Source: a virus
Reading direction: 5' to 3' (one strand)
DNA length: 64,000 nt
IMG/VR virus record: IMGVR_UViG_3300030419_003817
Coordinates: 1-64,000 of that record
The notes under the pieces were generated by a model, which worked only from the letters and a program-made list of their open reading frames with translations, had not been told where the DNA came from and ran no database searches. Made by a program: the position numbers and the translations under genes. Below, piece by piece: positions 39,272 to 48,258 of this stretch (positions within the stretch are counted from its first letter, which is position 1; each line of letters starts with the position of its first letter).

Positions 39272-39871
39272 CTATTCCTCTAAAAATTCATCAAGGTCTG
39301 TGGTCTTCTTTTTGTTTTTAGTTTTCTTTTTAGTTTTCTTTTTAGTTTTCTTTTTCTTCTTTGGTGTAAACTTTTCAATATCTGCTTTAGACAAACTAAA
39401 ATACTTCGCATATACATCTACTGTTTCAGACTCTCCCTCTTCCTCGGTTGTTGAATTTACCCATCTAGGAAATTCATTGTAGATGTCGGCCGCTTCGACT
39501 GCTTTGTATTTAATGTATGCCTGTTTCTTCTCTTTCTGTATTCTTCTGAGAAATGCATAGTAAATTATTTGAGTAAAATACGAAAATGGATTTGTGGATT
39601 TGTCTGGGTCGAAGTTACTTGCATACATGATACAGTTTTCGATGCCGTCACCAATCATCTCTTCTCTGTATGGGTAGTTGATGAAATTTGGTTTATATGA
39701 AAGGTGTTCCGCAATATCTAAGAAACACTTACCAATATAATCTGTGACTGGAGGTTTTTTCTCGCCGGCATTTTCTGCATCAATCACTGTTTTTTTCCAC
39801 TCAATCATATGTTGATAAAATTCTTTATTATCAATATAATGATTTGCCGCCTTCTTTTTGGGTTCGTCCAT
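39272..39871 (-). CDS. g55: Late-transcription sigma factor gp55
   Basis: HYIDNKEF, PNFINY.YREEMI.DGIENC, NPFSYFTQI.YYAFLRRI.KEKKQ. Confidence 0.96.
   Translation of the reverse strand: MDEPKKKAANHYIDNKEFYQHMIEWKKTVIDAENAGEKKPPVTDYIGKCFLDIAEHLSYKPNFINYPYREEMIGDGIENCIMYASNFDPDKSTNPFSYFTQIIYYAFLRRIQKEKKQAYIKYKAVEAADIYNEFPRWVNSTTEEEGESETVDVYAKYFSLSKADIEKFTPKKKKKTKKKTKKKTKNKKKTTDLDEFLEE
39315..39350 (-). repeat. 3 x 12-bp perfect tandem repeat encoding KKKT units in the gp55 tail
   Basis: tttttagttttc three times. Confidence 0.85.
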
Positions 39872-39879
39872 TATGTATC

Positions 39880-40515
39880 CTATGTGTAATCGTTTGGATT
39901 ATCTGACCAATCTCTCCATCTATTTCCGTGGCCTTTATCATCATCCTCATCATCATCTAATCTCTCGTGACTTCCGTTAAAATCTTCTTCTGCTATATCC
40001 CCAAACAAAGCATCAAACAAATCGGAGGTAGGACCTTCAGATTCTAGTCCTTGCTGAAGCAAACCATTTGCCAGTATTGATAAAAATACTTTTGGTGGTA
40101 TTGCAAAGGAAGCAATGACACTGTTTGGGTCAATAGGAAGTTTCTCCATTATACTACTTTTTTCTTCTTGTGCAAGTTCTTCTTCGATTTTTTCTTTAAA
40201 TGCTATTTCTCTCTCCTCAGGTCCAGAGGCAATTCTTTTCTTCTCTAATTCATATAATCGAATAACATCGTTATCTGGTTGTAGAAAAACTGCTATCCAG
40301 TCTCTTGGGATTGCTATTTGGTCTTTATCGGTATATTCTAACCAGTCCTTCATACAAAGAACATTTTTTCTATCTCTGCCGTCTGGAGACACAAAGGACG
40401 CAACTTTCATTGCCATCGGTTTGTCGATAGTTAAATTCTTCTTGTCACCACCTACAATCTTGGTGATTACATCTTCCCCACTTCTTAGTTTAAGTATTCT
40501 ATAGTTGTGTTTCAT
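39880..40515 (-). CDS. Hypothetical protein (Sm-like N-terminal domain) between uvsW and g55
   Basis: ILKLRSGEDVI start typical of this position in T4-like marine phages; acidic C-terminus. Confidence 0.7.
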   Translation of the reverse strand: MKHNYRILKLRSGEDVITKIVGGDKKNLTIDKPMAMKVASFVSPDGRDRKNVLCMKDWLEYTDKDQIAIPRDWIAVFLQPDNDVIRLYELEKKRIASGPEEREIAFKEKIEEELAQEEKSSIMEKLPIDPNSVIASFAIPPKVFLSILANGLLQQGLESEGPTSDLFDALFGDIAEEDFNGSHERLDDDEDDDKGHGNRWRDWSDNPNDYT

Positions 40516-40529
40516 CTGTCCTCCTCTGC

Positions 40530-42017
40530 TTATATGCGTATCATGACAGAAGCAAAATCAAACTTTTCCGATTCATATATTTTAATTCGCTCTAAAAAGT
40601 GCCTTAGTGTATGATTCTTCCATGACTTCCAACTTAGGTCGTCTCCGATGTCGTATAATCTTGCGACATCCTTGTGTTCCGATTTTCTTAATTGTCTTCC
40701 TATAGACTGTAACACTCTCACCCTAGATTTTGAAGGACTTGCAAAAATAATGTTGTGTAATCTGCGTATGGAGATACCTGTGGAAAAAGTTCCGTAAGAT
40801 GCAACGATGATTGCATCCTCTTCCTTTTCTGTAATCTGACGAACTTTTTCTCTAGTCTCGACATCAGTTCCACCGTGAACAAAAAACACCTTTCTGTCTT
40901 TTGCTTTCTCCTCTATAATACTATGTATGACTTTGCCGTGCTTCTCAACATACTGAAATAAAACTAATGTGTTCCCCTTCAGATTTATAGTCATATCTGA
41001 TATAAAATCATTTCTTCCTTTGTGTTTAACTAACCAATCCATCTCATCTTGGTATTTTGCTCTTTTTATTTCTTTCTTATCTTCATCACTGTATTTAAGT
41101 AATATTGTATCAATTTTTAATTTAGAAAGCAAATCTTTATTCATCAATTCTTTTGTTGATGTTACATCAAACACTGGACCAAACAACCCCTCAATAACCA
41201 ACTTGTGTGTCTGAGTTCCGTCCAATGTCCCAGTAGTTCCTACTCTATACGGACAATCTTTTAATTTTGTCATTATACTTGTGAGGGATTTTGCTTTGAA
41301 TAGGTGACACTCATCACCAAACACAGCACCAAACTTGTCAAAGTATGGTTTTCTCATTTTGTAAATTGATTGCCATGTCGATATAATCACTCTCTTTCTT
41401 GGATAGTCTTTATCCTTTCCTGCCATAACAGCATGACAGTTTTGTTTTGCACCCCAACTATCCTTCTTGGAATAATCCTCGAAGTCAGAAAGCATTTGGG
41501 TAACTAGAGATGTAGTTGGTACAATAATTAACACCTTTTTGTCTTCTGGTAGAATATTTAAGTAATGTCTCATTAGACAATAGATTATTAAACTTTTACC
41601 AGAACCAGTTGGAGATAACAACAAGCATCTATCATTGTGCATCACATAATTAATTGCAGTCTTTTGATGTTCGTATGGTTCTATTTCTTTTCCTGAAACT
41701 GAAAGTTTCATTAGGGATAGAAACGCATCTAGGTTTATCTTTTTCTTTTCTTCTTTTAGTTCTTTGTCTACTTCTATAGAATAGTTTCTATCTTCTGCAA
41801 AACGAATAACATAGTCTAAAAGACCTGCATACAGAGTTTGTGCATAGATGTTGTATAGTTTTATTTGACCATCCCACATCTTATTTTTATAAGATGGCAT
41901 ATACTGATGGCCGGGAACTTTAAAGGTAAAATAATCAGAGAGTTCCTTTGCAATACCCCTCTCACATTCTACCTTTATGTCAACGCTGTCCTCATATTTT
42001 ACTGAAAGGTCACTCAT
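40530..42017 (-). CDS. uvsW: UvsW SF2 helicase
   Basis: SPTGSGKS, GDECH, GTTGT, QSIGR.LR. Confidence 0.96.
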   Translation of the reverse strand: MSDLSVKYEDSVDIKVECERGIAKELSDYFTFKVPGHQYMPSYKNKMWDGQIKLYNIYAQTLYAGLLDYVIRFAEDRNYSIEVDKELKEEKKKINLDAFLSLMKLSVSGKEIEPYEHQKTAINYVMHNDRCLLLSPTGSGKSLIIYCLMRHYLNILPEDKKVLIIVPTTSLVTQMLSDFEDYSKKDSWGAKQNCHAVMAGKDKDYPRKRVIISTWQSIYKMRKPYFDKFGAVFGDECHLFKAKSLTSIMTKLKDCPYRVGTTGTLDGTQTHKLVIEGLFGPVFDVTSTKELMNKDLLSKLKIDTILLKYSDEDKKEIKRAKYQDEMDWLVKHKGRNDFISDMTINLKGNTLVLFQYVEKHGKVIHSIIEEKAKDRKVFFVHGGTDVETREKVRQITEKEEDAIIVASYGTFSTGISIRRLHNIIFASPSKSRVRVLQSIGRQLRKSEHKDVARLYDIGDDLSWKSWKNHTLRHFLERIKIYESEKFDFASVMIRI

Positions 42018-42022
42018 ATTAC

Positions 42023-42030
42023 TATTTATG
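42023..42030 (-). promoter_or_regulatory. Late promoter-like box upstream of uvsW
   Basis: CATAAATA 5 nt before the ATG. Confidence 0.55.
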
Positions 42031-42544
42031 GTGAAAAATCTTTACCGTCAACCTTTATCGTTACTCTTTTATCGCAAACATCTCCATCCCAAAGAACACA
42101 CATAATCCCTGCTTCTTGCATCATATCAATTCCAATCTTACATGGTTCTCTCCACCTATCATTTGCAAGATTAAAGAACTGTCTATGTCCCACAACTTTT
42201 GATATTCCTGCTTGTATAATTGCTCTTGCACAATCTGGACAGGAGAAAAAAGGAACAAACATAAAAAGTCCATGTGTTGCAATTCCTTTTTGTGCCGCTT
42301 TGTATATTACATTTCTCTCTGCATGTTCTATGTAATTATACTTTTGTGGTCTTTCCCACCTTTCTGGTTTATCTTCAACTCGGTTTGGTAAAGAGTTTGC
42401 GGCGCCTAAAATAACTCCACCCTTTGGGTGGACTAGGACTGCCCCATTTTGCGTTGATGGGTCGTTACTATATTTCGCCGCATGTAAATATGCCTGCTTC
42501 AGGTATACCCTGTTCATTTCATCTTTTTGAGCGTCATACACCAC
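42026..42544 (-). CDS. cd: dCMP deaminase
   Basis: S.DPSTQNGA, HAERN, CPDCARAIIQAGI. Confidence 0.93.
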   Translation of the reverse strand: MVYDAQKDEMNRVYLKQAYLHAAKYSNDPSTQNGAVLVHPKGGVILGAANSLPNRVEDKPERWERPQKYNYIEHAERNVIYKAAQKGIATHGLFMFVPFFSCPDCARAIIQAGISKVVGHRQFFNLANDRWREPCKIGIDMMQEAGIMCVLWDGDVCDKRVTIKVDGKDFSP

Positions 42545-42968
42545 TGATAAACTTTCTCCAGTCTATTGCTCCGCGAATGTTCCACTGTCTGTTGGTTATG
42601 CTTTTCAAAACAGATTCAAGATATGTAACTTTTTCTTTTTGGTATATAATTTTGTTTTCGATAAATGTCAAATCAGAATCTGCATCCAAATACATTTGAA
42701 TATCATTCTTAAGAATCTTTAGAGGAAATGGCTCCCATCCATATTCCTCTAATGTTTCTTCATCTAACTTACCTGTATAGTATTCCCACTTAGTCTTTAA
42801 AAGAGTTTTGTGGTCTATTTCGAGTTTACGCAAAACAAGTCTTTCATCATGAAAGATGTTAAGGTATTTGTTGTGTAACTGAGGAGTCTTGAGCGATTCC
42901 AAGTCAAGTTCAGTATCATCTATAGGCATATCTTTGTATGCCATCTTTTTAATTTTGCTTAGTTCCAT
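42534..42968 (-). CDS. uvsY: UvsY recombination mediator
   Basis: TPQLHNKYL, KWEYYTGK, YLDAD, R.WNIR.AIDWRKF. Confidence 0.92.
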   Translation of the reverse strand: MELSKIKKMAYKDMPIDDTELDLESLKTPQLHNKYLNIFHDERLVLRKLEIDHKTLLKTKWEYYTGKLDEETLEEYGWEPFPLKILKNDIQMYLDADSDLTFIENKIIYQKEKVTYLESVLKSITNRQWNIRGAIDWRKFISGV

Positions 42969-42974
42969 ACGAGT

Positions 42975-43002
42975 ATTATATAACCCATTTCAAAAAAATC
43001 AA
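42975..43002 (-). promoter_or_regulatory. sigma70-like promoter of uvsY
   Basis: Minus strand TTGATT-N16-TATAAT, 6 nt upstream of the ATG at 42968. Confidence 0.65.
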
Positions 43003-43009
43003 ATCAAAA

Positions 43010-43546
43010 TTAACTAAGTTTTTCAATATCAAAACTTGTATAGGCAAACGAAGCAGTTACAAGTATTGGTTCTGTATCATCTGCGGTAGAACTAAAATCT
43101 ATGCCACTTATAGATGTTGGAAATATATCTTTGAAATTTATAGTCAGATTTGGTTTCATCGCACTGTTCAATATAGTAATACTTCCATCAGAAAAATGCT
43201 CCGAAGTCTTTTCCAAGTAGTCTGAATGGTCTTCAACATTTCCGAGACTTTTCATCCAGTTAAATATTTCTAGGTAGTTTACCATATCTTCATCCACCAA
43301 AAACCCTATAGTTAAATCACCAAAATTATATCCTCGGCCGGGATGTTTTGCTGGAATGAATCTAGTAGGTTGCTCAATCTGGGCGAATTGAAAATCGGGT
43401 AAATTACAAGACTGGCAGAAATATGTTAAAGATGGTGTTCTTTGTAAAACGAATCTAAAACCAGTAGACAATAAGAAGTTGGTGTTTGTTGGTTGTCTTC
43501 GGTTGATGTTTGGTTCATAGTTTGCTGATATGTTAACTTCGGACAT
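43010..43546 (-). CDS. g3: Tail completion / tube terminator gp3
   Basis: NFL...GFRF, YFCQ..NLP, FLVDEDM.NY.EI.NW, FP.S.SG..F; GGAGG RBS. Confidence 0.88.
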   Translation of the reverse strand: MSEVNISANYEPNINRRQPTNTNFLLSTGFRFVLQRTPSLTYFCQSCNLPDFQFAQIEQPTRFIPAKHPGRGYNFGDLTIGFLVDEDMVNYLEIFNWMKSLGNVEDHSDYLEKTSEHFSDGSITILNSAMKPNLTINFKDIFPTSISGIDFSSTADDTEPILVTASFAYTSFDIEKLS

Positions 43547-43573
43547 TAAATGCACCTCCAATACTATGTATGT

Positions 43574-43604
43574 AAAAAAAGAGAGCCACCCGAAGGTGGC
43601 TCTC
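43574..43604 (-). terminator. Rho-independent terminator after g23, C(UUCG)G tetraloop
   Basis: GAGAGCCACC-TTCG-GGTGGCTCTC-T7. Confidence 0.93.
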
Positions 43605-43633
43605 CAAACTTCTACAGGGGGAAAGAAGTTTAA

Positions 43634-45109
43634 TTAGTTACCATGAATATTATCGATTCTAAAGATTCGATAGTATTGGTTGTCTCTAGTAGACGCCGCA
43701 TTGTGTGGGTCTGAAGTGTTTGTCGAAACGAATGGGTTGTTTACCATTCCGTAACGAGTCTTAAACCCGATTTTTGGTTGGAAGGTGTTTTCACCAACGG
43801 CGCGTACCATTTGTAGCGGTACATATGGACAGTAGAACAGTCCTGCATCGTAAGGTGAAGTACCTTTGTAACCTACACATGCGTAGTTTCTTGCTTTAAC
43901 ATTGTTACCTGCACCAGTGTATGGGTCGATGTAAACTTTCATCTTACCGTTGAGTACACCAGCAAAAGTGTTACCTGTGTCATCAACATTTAGATTTGTT
44001 GATAGAGCAGGTGAGATGTTAAGGAAACCACTCATTGCGAGGGCGGAAGCGACATCTGCTGTGCAGATGACGAAGTTACCTTTTCCTCTACGAGTTTCTT
44101 TAGCAATAACATTTGCTTCTCGTTCGAGTTGGTATCCAAGACCACGCCAGTTTTCAGCACTCCATCTACCGTCTGCATCGGAGGCGACATCATAGACACC
44201 ACCAACACCACGACCTTGTGATGCTTCGTTACCACTTGGGTCGAACGCGGGTGACTCAAGAATTAGGTCACCAGAAGTTGCACCTGTGATACCAGATGTG
44301 CTGTTAACTGCACGACCAGCAAGGTCCATGTGTTGTGCGCCAAGTTTAGCATTCTTGTAGATTACACGAATAACTTCTCGGTTGATTTCTGCAAGAATTT
44401 CAGTGCTAAGAATGTTAGCAAGTTCAGTTTCTGCATCAAGTCCGTGGACTGCTTTGAGGTCTTGAGCGAGTTCTGTGGTGTACTCTGCTTTGAGGGCACG
44501 AGTCTTTGCTTCCACAGCAGTTCGTTCAATGCTGAATGCCATTTCTTGGAATGAGTTATCAGCACCCAAGTTTTCTGCGGCACTTCTTGTCATACCACCA
44601 GTTACATCGTAGTCACCACCAGCAGTGCCACCTTCATCTGCGAAGAGTGGGTCGCTGTTACCGCCATCTGCGGCGAATGCGGCGGATGCACCTGCGGCAA
44701 ACTGAGTGGATGCCTCATTAAAGAGTGCTTCAGTACCACCTTGTGACTTGTACTTGGAACGCATTGCAAAGATAAGTCCTGTAGGACCTGTCATTGGTTG
44801 AACACCTGCAACATCGTATGCCATTAGGTTGGGCATAGCACGGCGAACGAGCGAGATTAGAATTGGGTCATAACCTTGCATGTTGCTGTTGTTGTTAGCA
44901 GTTGCGAGACCAAGGCCATCGCCGACGGCGTTGGCGCCTGCGCCTGCTTCGTGAAGATTTTGCTCTCGTAGTGCTTTTTCTTGGTTTTCCAAGAGAATAG
45001 CAGTGACGGAAGCACGATAATTGTCCTGAATGTCTTCCATTTCAGGGTGGTTTAATACGGGATTCCACTTTTCCTTAAGTTGTTCCGCATTGGCCATTTG
45101 AGTATCCAT
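43634..45109 (-). CDS. g23: Major capsid protein gp23
   Basis: LVRRAMPNL.AYD..GVQPMTGPTGLIFAMR, RALKAEYT.ELAQDLKAVHGLDAE, FYCPYVPL, FQPKIGFKTRYG. Confidence 0.99.
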   Translation of the reverse strand: MDTQMANAEQLKEKWNPVLNHPEMEDIQDNYRASVTAILLENQEKALREQNLHEAGAGANAVGDGLGLATANNNSNMQGYDPILISLVRRAMPNLMAYDVAGVQPMTGPTGLIFAMRSKYKSQGGTEALFNEASTQFAAGASAAFAADGGNSDPLFADEGGTAGGDYDVTGGMTRSAAENLGADNSFQEMAFSIERTAVEAKTRALKAEYTTELAQDLKAVHGLDAETELANILSTEILAEINREVIRVIYKNAKLGAQHMDLAGRAVNSTSGITGATSGDLILESPAFDPSGNEASQGRGVGGVYDVASDADGRWSAENWRGLGYQLEREANVIAKETRRGKGNFVICTADVASALAMSGFLNISPALSTNLNVDDTGNTFAGVLNGKMKVYIDPYTGAGNNVKARNYACVGYKGTSPYDAGLFYCPYVPLQMVRAVGENTFQPKIGFKTRYGMVNNPFVSTNTSDPHNAASTRDNQYYRIFRIDNIHGN

Positions 45110-45158
45110 CTGAAATTTCTCCTTTGATTCTGATTAATCAGTCTGGTTTTAAATTAAT

Positions 45159-46358
45159 TTACTTACCTTTTGCTTGTCTGCTGATAGCATTTGCATAATG
45201 ACTCATAACACTGTTATCAGTTCGTGATGCTTCTGTGCCTTCATTGACAATACCTGTCTCTACATAGTCAGTTGAAGACTCAGATGCATCTTTATCTCCA
45301 AAATAACTTTCCTTAAGAACATTGAGTTTGTCTCGATACTGCTCTTCTGTTTCAAACTCTAACCCTTCGGATAGGGAACGAAGTTTTTCTACTTGAGTAT
45401 CAACAAGACCCTCTGCTACCTCTACGAATACTTCAGTGCAACGATGCTCTAAAATTTCTTTTCGTAGTGAGATGTTGTTATTAAGACCTTCGTTTACTTG
45501 CTCTTCAAGTTCTTCAATCTTAGTTGCCATACCATCGATAAGGTCATACTTTTCGTTTGGTACATCAACATAGCAACTTTCGAATAGACCCTTGAGTCCA
45601 TGAATGAAGTTTTCAGCAATGTCGCCTCGGATGCCCTTCTCGACTGCTAATTCATTTTCCTTCATCCACTCTTCGACAACATAACCCAAGTAATCGTCAA
45701 GTCTCTCTGTGAGTTCTGCACGAAGAGTTTCTACATGCTCTGTAATAACTTTGTCATGGTCTTCTCTTAGTTCAGTCTCGATTTCGTTAACTCTGTCAGC
45801 AACAGCGGCCTCGAAGATTGTGGATGCTCTATCCTTAAAATCTTCGCTTAGTTCTTCACCACCGAACAAGGCATCCATATGCTCTTGCATCTTTGGTGTG
45901 TCTATTTTACCAGAGGCATCAGAAGGTTTCATCTTTGGTTCTGGTTGCTTCTTCTTACCTTTTTCTGGTTTAGTTGCTTTCTTACCATCAGCAGATTGAT
46001 TATCTTCTACATCGAGAATAGTCTCTGCTTCATCGAGTTCTTCGTCATCGTCATCGTCACCCTTCTTCTTAACATTCTTCATGAATTGGGGTGGGACTTT
46101 ACCTTTTTTAGCGGCATTCATTTTACCGTAGGCCTCGTCCATTTCTTCTTCGTCTTCGTCTTCTTCATCATCGTCTTCCTCTTCATTCTTCTTAGAGTGC
46201 TTTGCCTCTTCGAGGTCAGAATCAGATGATTCATCGTCAAAGTCGAAGGTATCTTCCTCGATAACTTCTTCTTCGTTGGTTAACTCTTCTTCAAGACTCT
46301 TTTGATATTCGCCTTCAAGAATTGCTTTTGCTGTTGCAATGGGGTCTTTATAGTCCAT
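45159..46358 (-). CDS. g22: Prohead core scaffold gp22
   Basis: LSEDFK..A.TIFEAAV, YL.YVVEEWMKEN..A; acidic N-terminal extension. Confidence 0.93.
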   Translation of the reverse strand: MDYKDPIATAKAILEGEYQKSLEEELTNEEEVIEEDTFDFDDESSDSDLEEAKHSKKNEEEDDDEEDEDEEEMDEAYGKMNAAKKGKVPPQFMKNVKKKGDDDDDEELDEAETILDVEDNQSADGKKATKPEKGKKKQPEPKMKPSDASGKIDTPKMQEHMDALFGGEELSEDFKDRASTIFEAAVADRVNEIETELREDHDKVITEHVETLRAELTERLDDYLGYVVEEWMKENELAVEKGIRGDIAENFIHGLKGLFESCYVDVPNEKYDLIDGMATKIEELEEQVNEGLNNNISLRKEILEHRCTEVFVEVAEGLVDTQVEKLRSLSEGLEFETEEQYRDKLNVLKESYFGDKDASESSTDYVETGIVNEGTEASRTDNSVMSHYANAISRQAKGK

Positions 46359-46404
46359 TTTTAGATTACTCCTTGTTGTCGTATTTGAGTACTAGTAGTC
46401 TCTT

Positions 46405-46412
46405 TATTTATA
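46405..46412 (-). promoter_or_regulatory. T4 late promoter upstream of g22-g23
   Basis: Exact TATAAATA. Confidence 0.8.
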
Positions 46413-46416
46413 TTTT

Positions 46417-47070
46417 TTATAATTTTGACATAAACCTTTTGAAGACATCTAACTTAGTTTCTTCTAATTCTTTTATAGATGCCTTTTCAACTAACTTCCT
46501 GTATGAGTCTATTTCTCTGGAACGAATAATCCCATTGTCCCATACCCACTCTCTACCTTCCATGATACCATTTACAAAGGCATCTGGTGCGGATGGGTCT
46601 GCAACAATATCAACTGCGGCAAGCATGAAGTCTTCCTTCACGACATTGACTCCGTTTTTCTGTTCCAGTGAACCCATTCCTCGTGAAGATACTCCTAATT
46701 TTGCACCTTCCTCCATGAGATTCTTTACAATTTTACCATATGGTGTATCTAGAATTTTTGCTTTCCCGATTATATCATTTCCATGTGGTTTCAATTCTTT
46801 AATTATATGAGAGACTCTCTCAAGGTTTACCGTAGGACCATCTGGATGACCTAGTTCACCCATTGCTCTGTTTGCCTTGACATAGGTCTTATCGTATCTT
46901 TTTACTTCTTTCATTAAGACATCGTTGGGATATACTCGACCATTTCGATTCTTTTTCTCAGATTGCATAAAGATACCTTCGATGAAGTATTCTTTTACTC
47001 CGTCTTCGTTTGCTTCGGTGATGTAGTTTACATCCTCAACATGTTCTGTAAATAAAAGCATACCTGCCAT
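46417..47070 (-). CDS. g21: Prohead protease gp21
   Basis: IEGIFMQ, NRNGRVYP, GELGHP, GVSSRGMGS, DIVADPSAPDA. Confidence 0.97.
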   Translation of the reverse strand: MAGMLLFTEHVEDVNYITEANEDGVKEYFIEGIFMQSEKKNRNGRVYPNDVLMKEVKRYDKTYVKANRAMGELGHPDGPTVNLERVSHIIKELKPHGNDIIGKAKILDTPYGKIVKNLMEEGAKLGVSSRGMGSLEQKNGVNVVKEDFMLAAVDIVADPSAPDAFVNGIMEGREWVWDNGIIRSREIDSYRKLVEKASIKELEETKLDVFKRFMSKL

Positions 47071-47072
47071 GT

Positions 47073-47996
47073 TTAAGTCCTTTCTGCTGTTTCTCTATCA
47101 TGTCTTAGTTCTCGTTTCTTACGGTCCATGGCCATCTTTTCTCTGTCTAAAGCATCACGCCTTTTTGCAATTGTTTCTTTCTTTCTTTCTTTCTCTTTTG
47201 CTTTTCGTTCTTTTTGCTTTTTGAGAACTTCACCTGCTCTTTTATCTGCTAGACGGTCTGAGGTGTCGCCTCTCTCATCTCTTTTTACCCTCATGTCAAA
47301 AGACCGCTTACTGGTTTTTTTACCGCTAGGACTCTTATAAGCACGGTCGGAGTCATAACCCGTTTTCTTCATTTTTCCAGTTCCATATTCATAGTTACCC
47401 ATTCTGCGAGTTTGTGCTTTTCTTGCGGCAGAACTTTCTTCAATATCATGGTCGTGGTCTTCGTGCATTTCACTTGCAGTTACCTTGAGTTCTGTAATTG
47501 GAACACCCTTCTCGATACCATGCTCAAACATTACATCATACCATGCAATATTTCCATCTTCGTCTGGAGCGGCGTGTTGTGAATGAACGCATGTACCTTC
47601 ACCAAACTGTTCGTGATTTACATGAGTGGCACAATCGTGCTTACCCCGCTCCTTAAAGCGTGGGTCATTTTTCTTCTTTTCTTCTTTGACTGCTTTGCTT
47701 ATTGCTTTTCTTCGTTTATGGAGGTACTTATCCGATGAATCGACATCTCCATCATTATCGATGTCTTTGTCTTCTCTATCTTTGTGCTTTCCCTTTAGTG
47801 CTTTCTTATCTACAGGGTCAAGTGCTTCATCACAATCCTTACCTTCGCAGGTTTGATTGTATGTTTCATCAGTAATCTCTAATGTTCTTTCTTCAAGTGC
47901 ATTGTTTAGTTTATCATATAGAACAGCGTGAAGATTATTTTTAGCATCTAATAAGTTTTCGCTCAAAATTGCATCAAAGATTTTAGAAGAATTCAT
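47073..47996 (-). CDS. Putative prohead core/internal head protein (gp68 position)
   Basis: Between g20/g67 and g21; DIDNDGDVDSSDKYL motif; highly basic C-terminus. Confidence 0.65.
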   Translation of the reverse strand: MNSSKIFDAILSENLLDAKNNLHAVLYDKLNNALEERTLEITDETYNQTCEGKDCDEALDPVDKKALKGKHKDREDKDIDNDGDVDSSDKYLHKRRKAISKAVKEEKKKNDPRFKERGKHDCATHVNHEQFGEGTCVHSQHAAPDEDGNIAWYDVMFEHGIEKGVPITELKVTASEMHEDHDHDIEESSAARKAQTRRMGNYEYGTGKMKKTGYDSDRAYKSPSGKKTSKRSFDMRVKRDERGDTSDRLADKRAGEVLKKQKERKAKEKERKKETIAKRRDALDREKMAMDRKKRELRHDRETAERT

Positions 47997-48035
47997 GGGA
48001 TTATCCTTTATATGTGTCTTGAAATTTACTACTTT

Positions 48036-48043
48036 TATTTAGT
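48036..48043 (-). promoter_or_regulatory. Late promoter-like box
   Basis: ACTAAATA in the intergenic gap upstream of 47996. Confidence 0.5.
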
Positions 48044-48078
48044 TATTTTCATAGTTTCGTAGGGTATTATGCCTGTAT

Positions 48079-48258
48079 TTAGGCATCTTCTTTTGGTGAT
48101 TCTGCTGATGTTACTATATCTTTTGATATATTATTAGTTTTATTATCAATCGCTGTGCTTATCTTTTCTATTGTGGCCGCATCGAATGCATCTTTAAATC
48201 CGATTGCATCTTTTTCCAAAGCGGCAGAAACCATTTTGTTTAAATTTGAATTAGTCAT
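48079..48258 (-). CDS. Small prohead core protein (gp67-like), 59 aa, missing from the ORF track
   Basis: MTNSNLNKMVSAALEKDAIGFKDAFDAATIEKISTAID...; TAATG overlap with the g20 stop, AGGAG RBS, gp67 position. Confidence 0.7.
   Translation of the reverse strand: MTNSNLNKMVSAALEKDAIGFKDAFDAATIEKISTAIDNKTNNISKDIVTSAESPKEDA

Noticed and set aside
45130-45141. 12-bp palindrome CTGATTAATCAG upstream of the g23 RBS
   Set aside because: Single occurrence in AT-rich DNA with no second copy seen; not supportable as an operator
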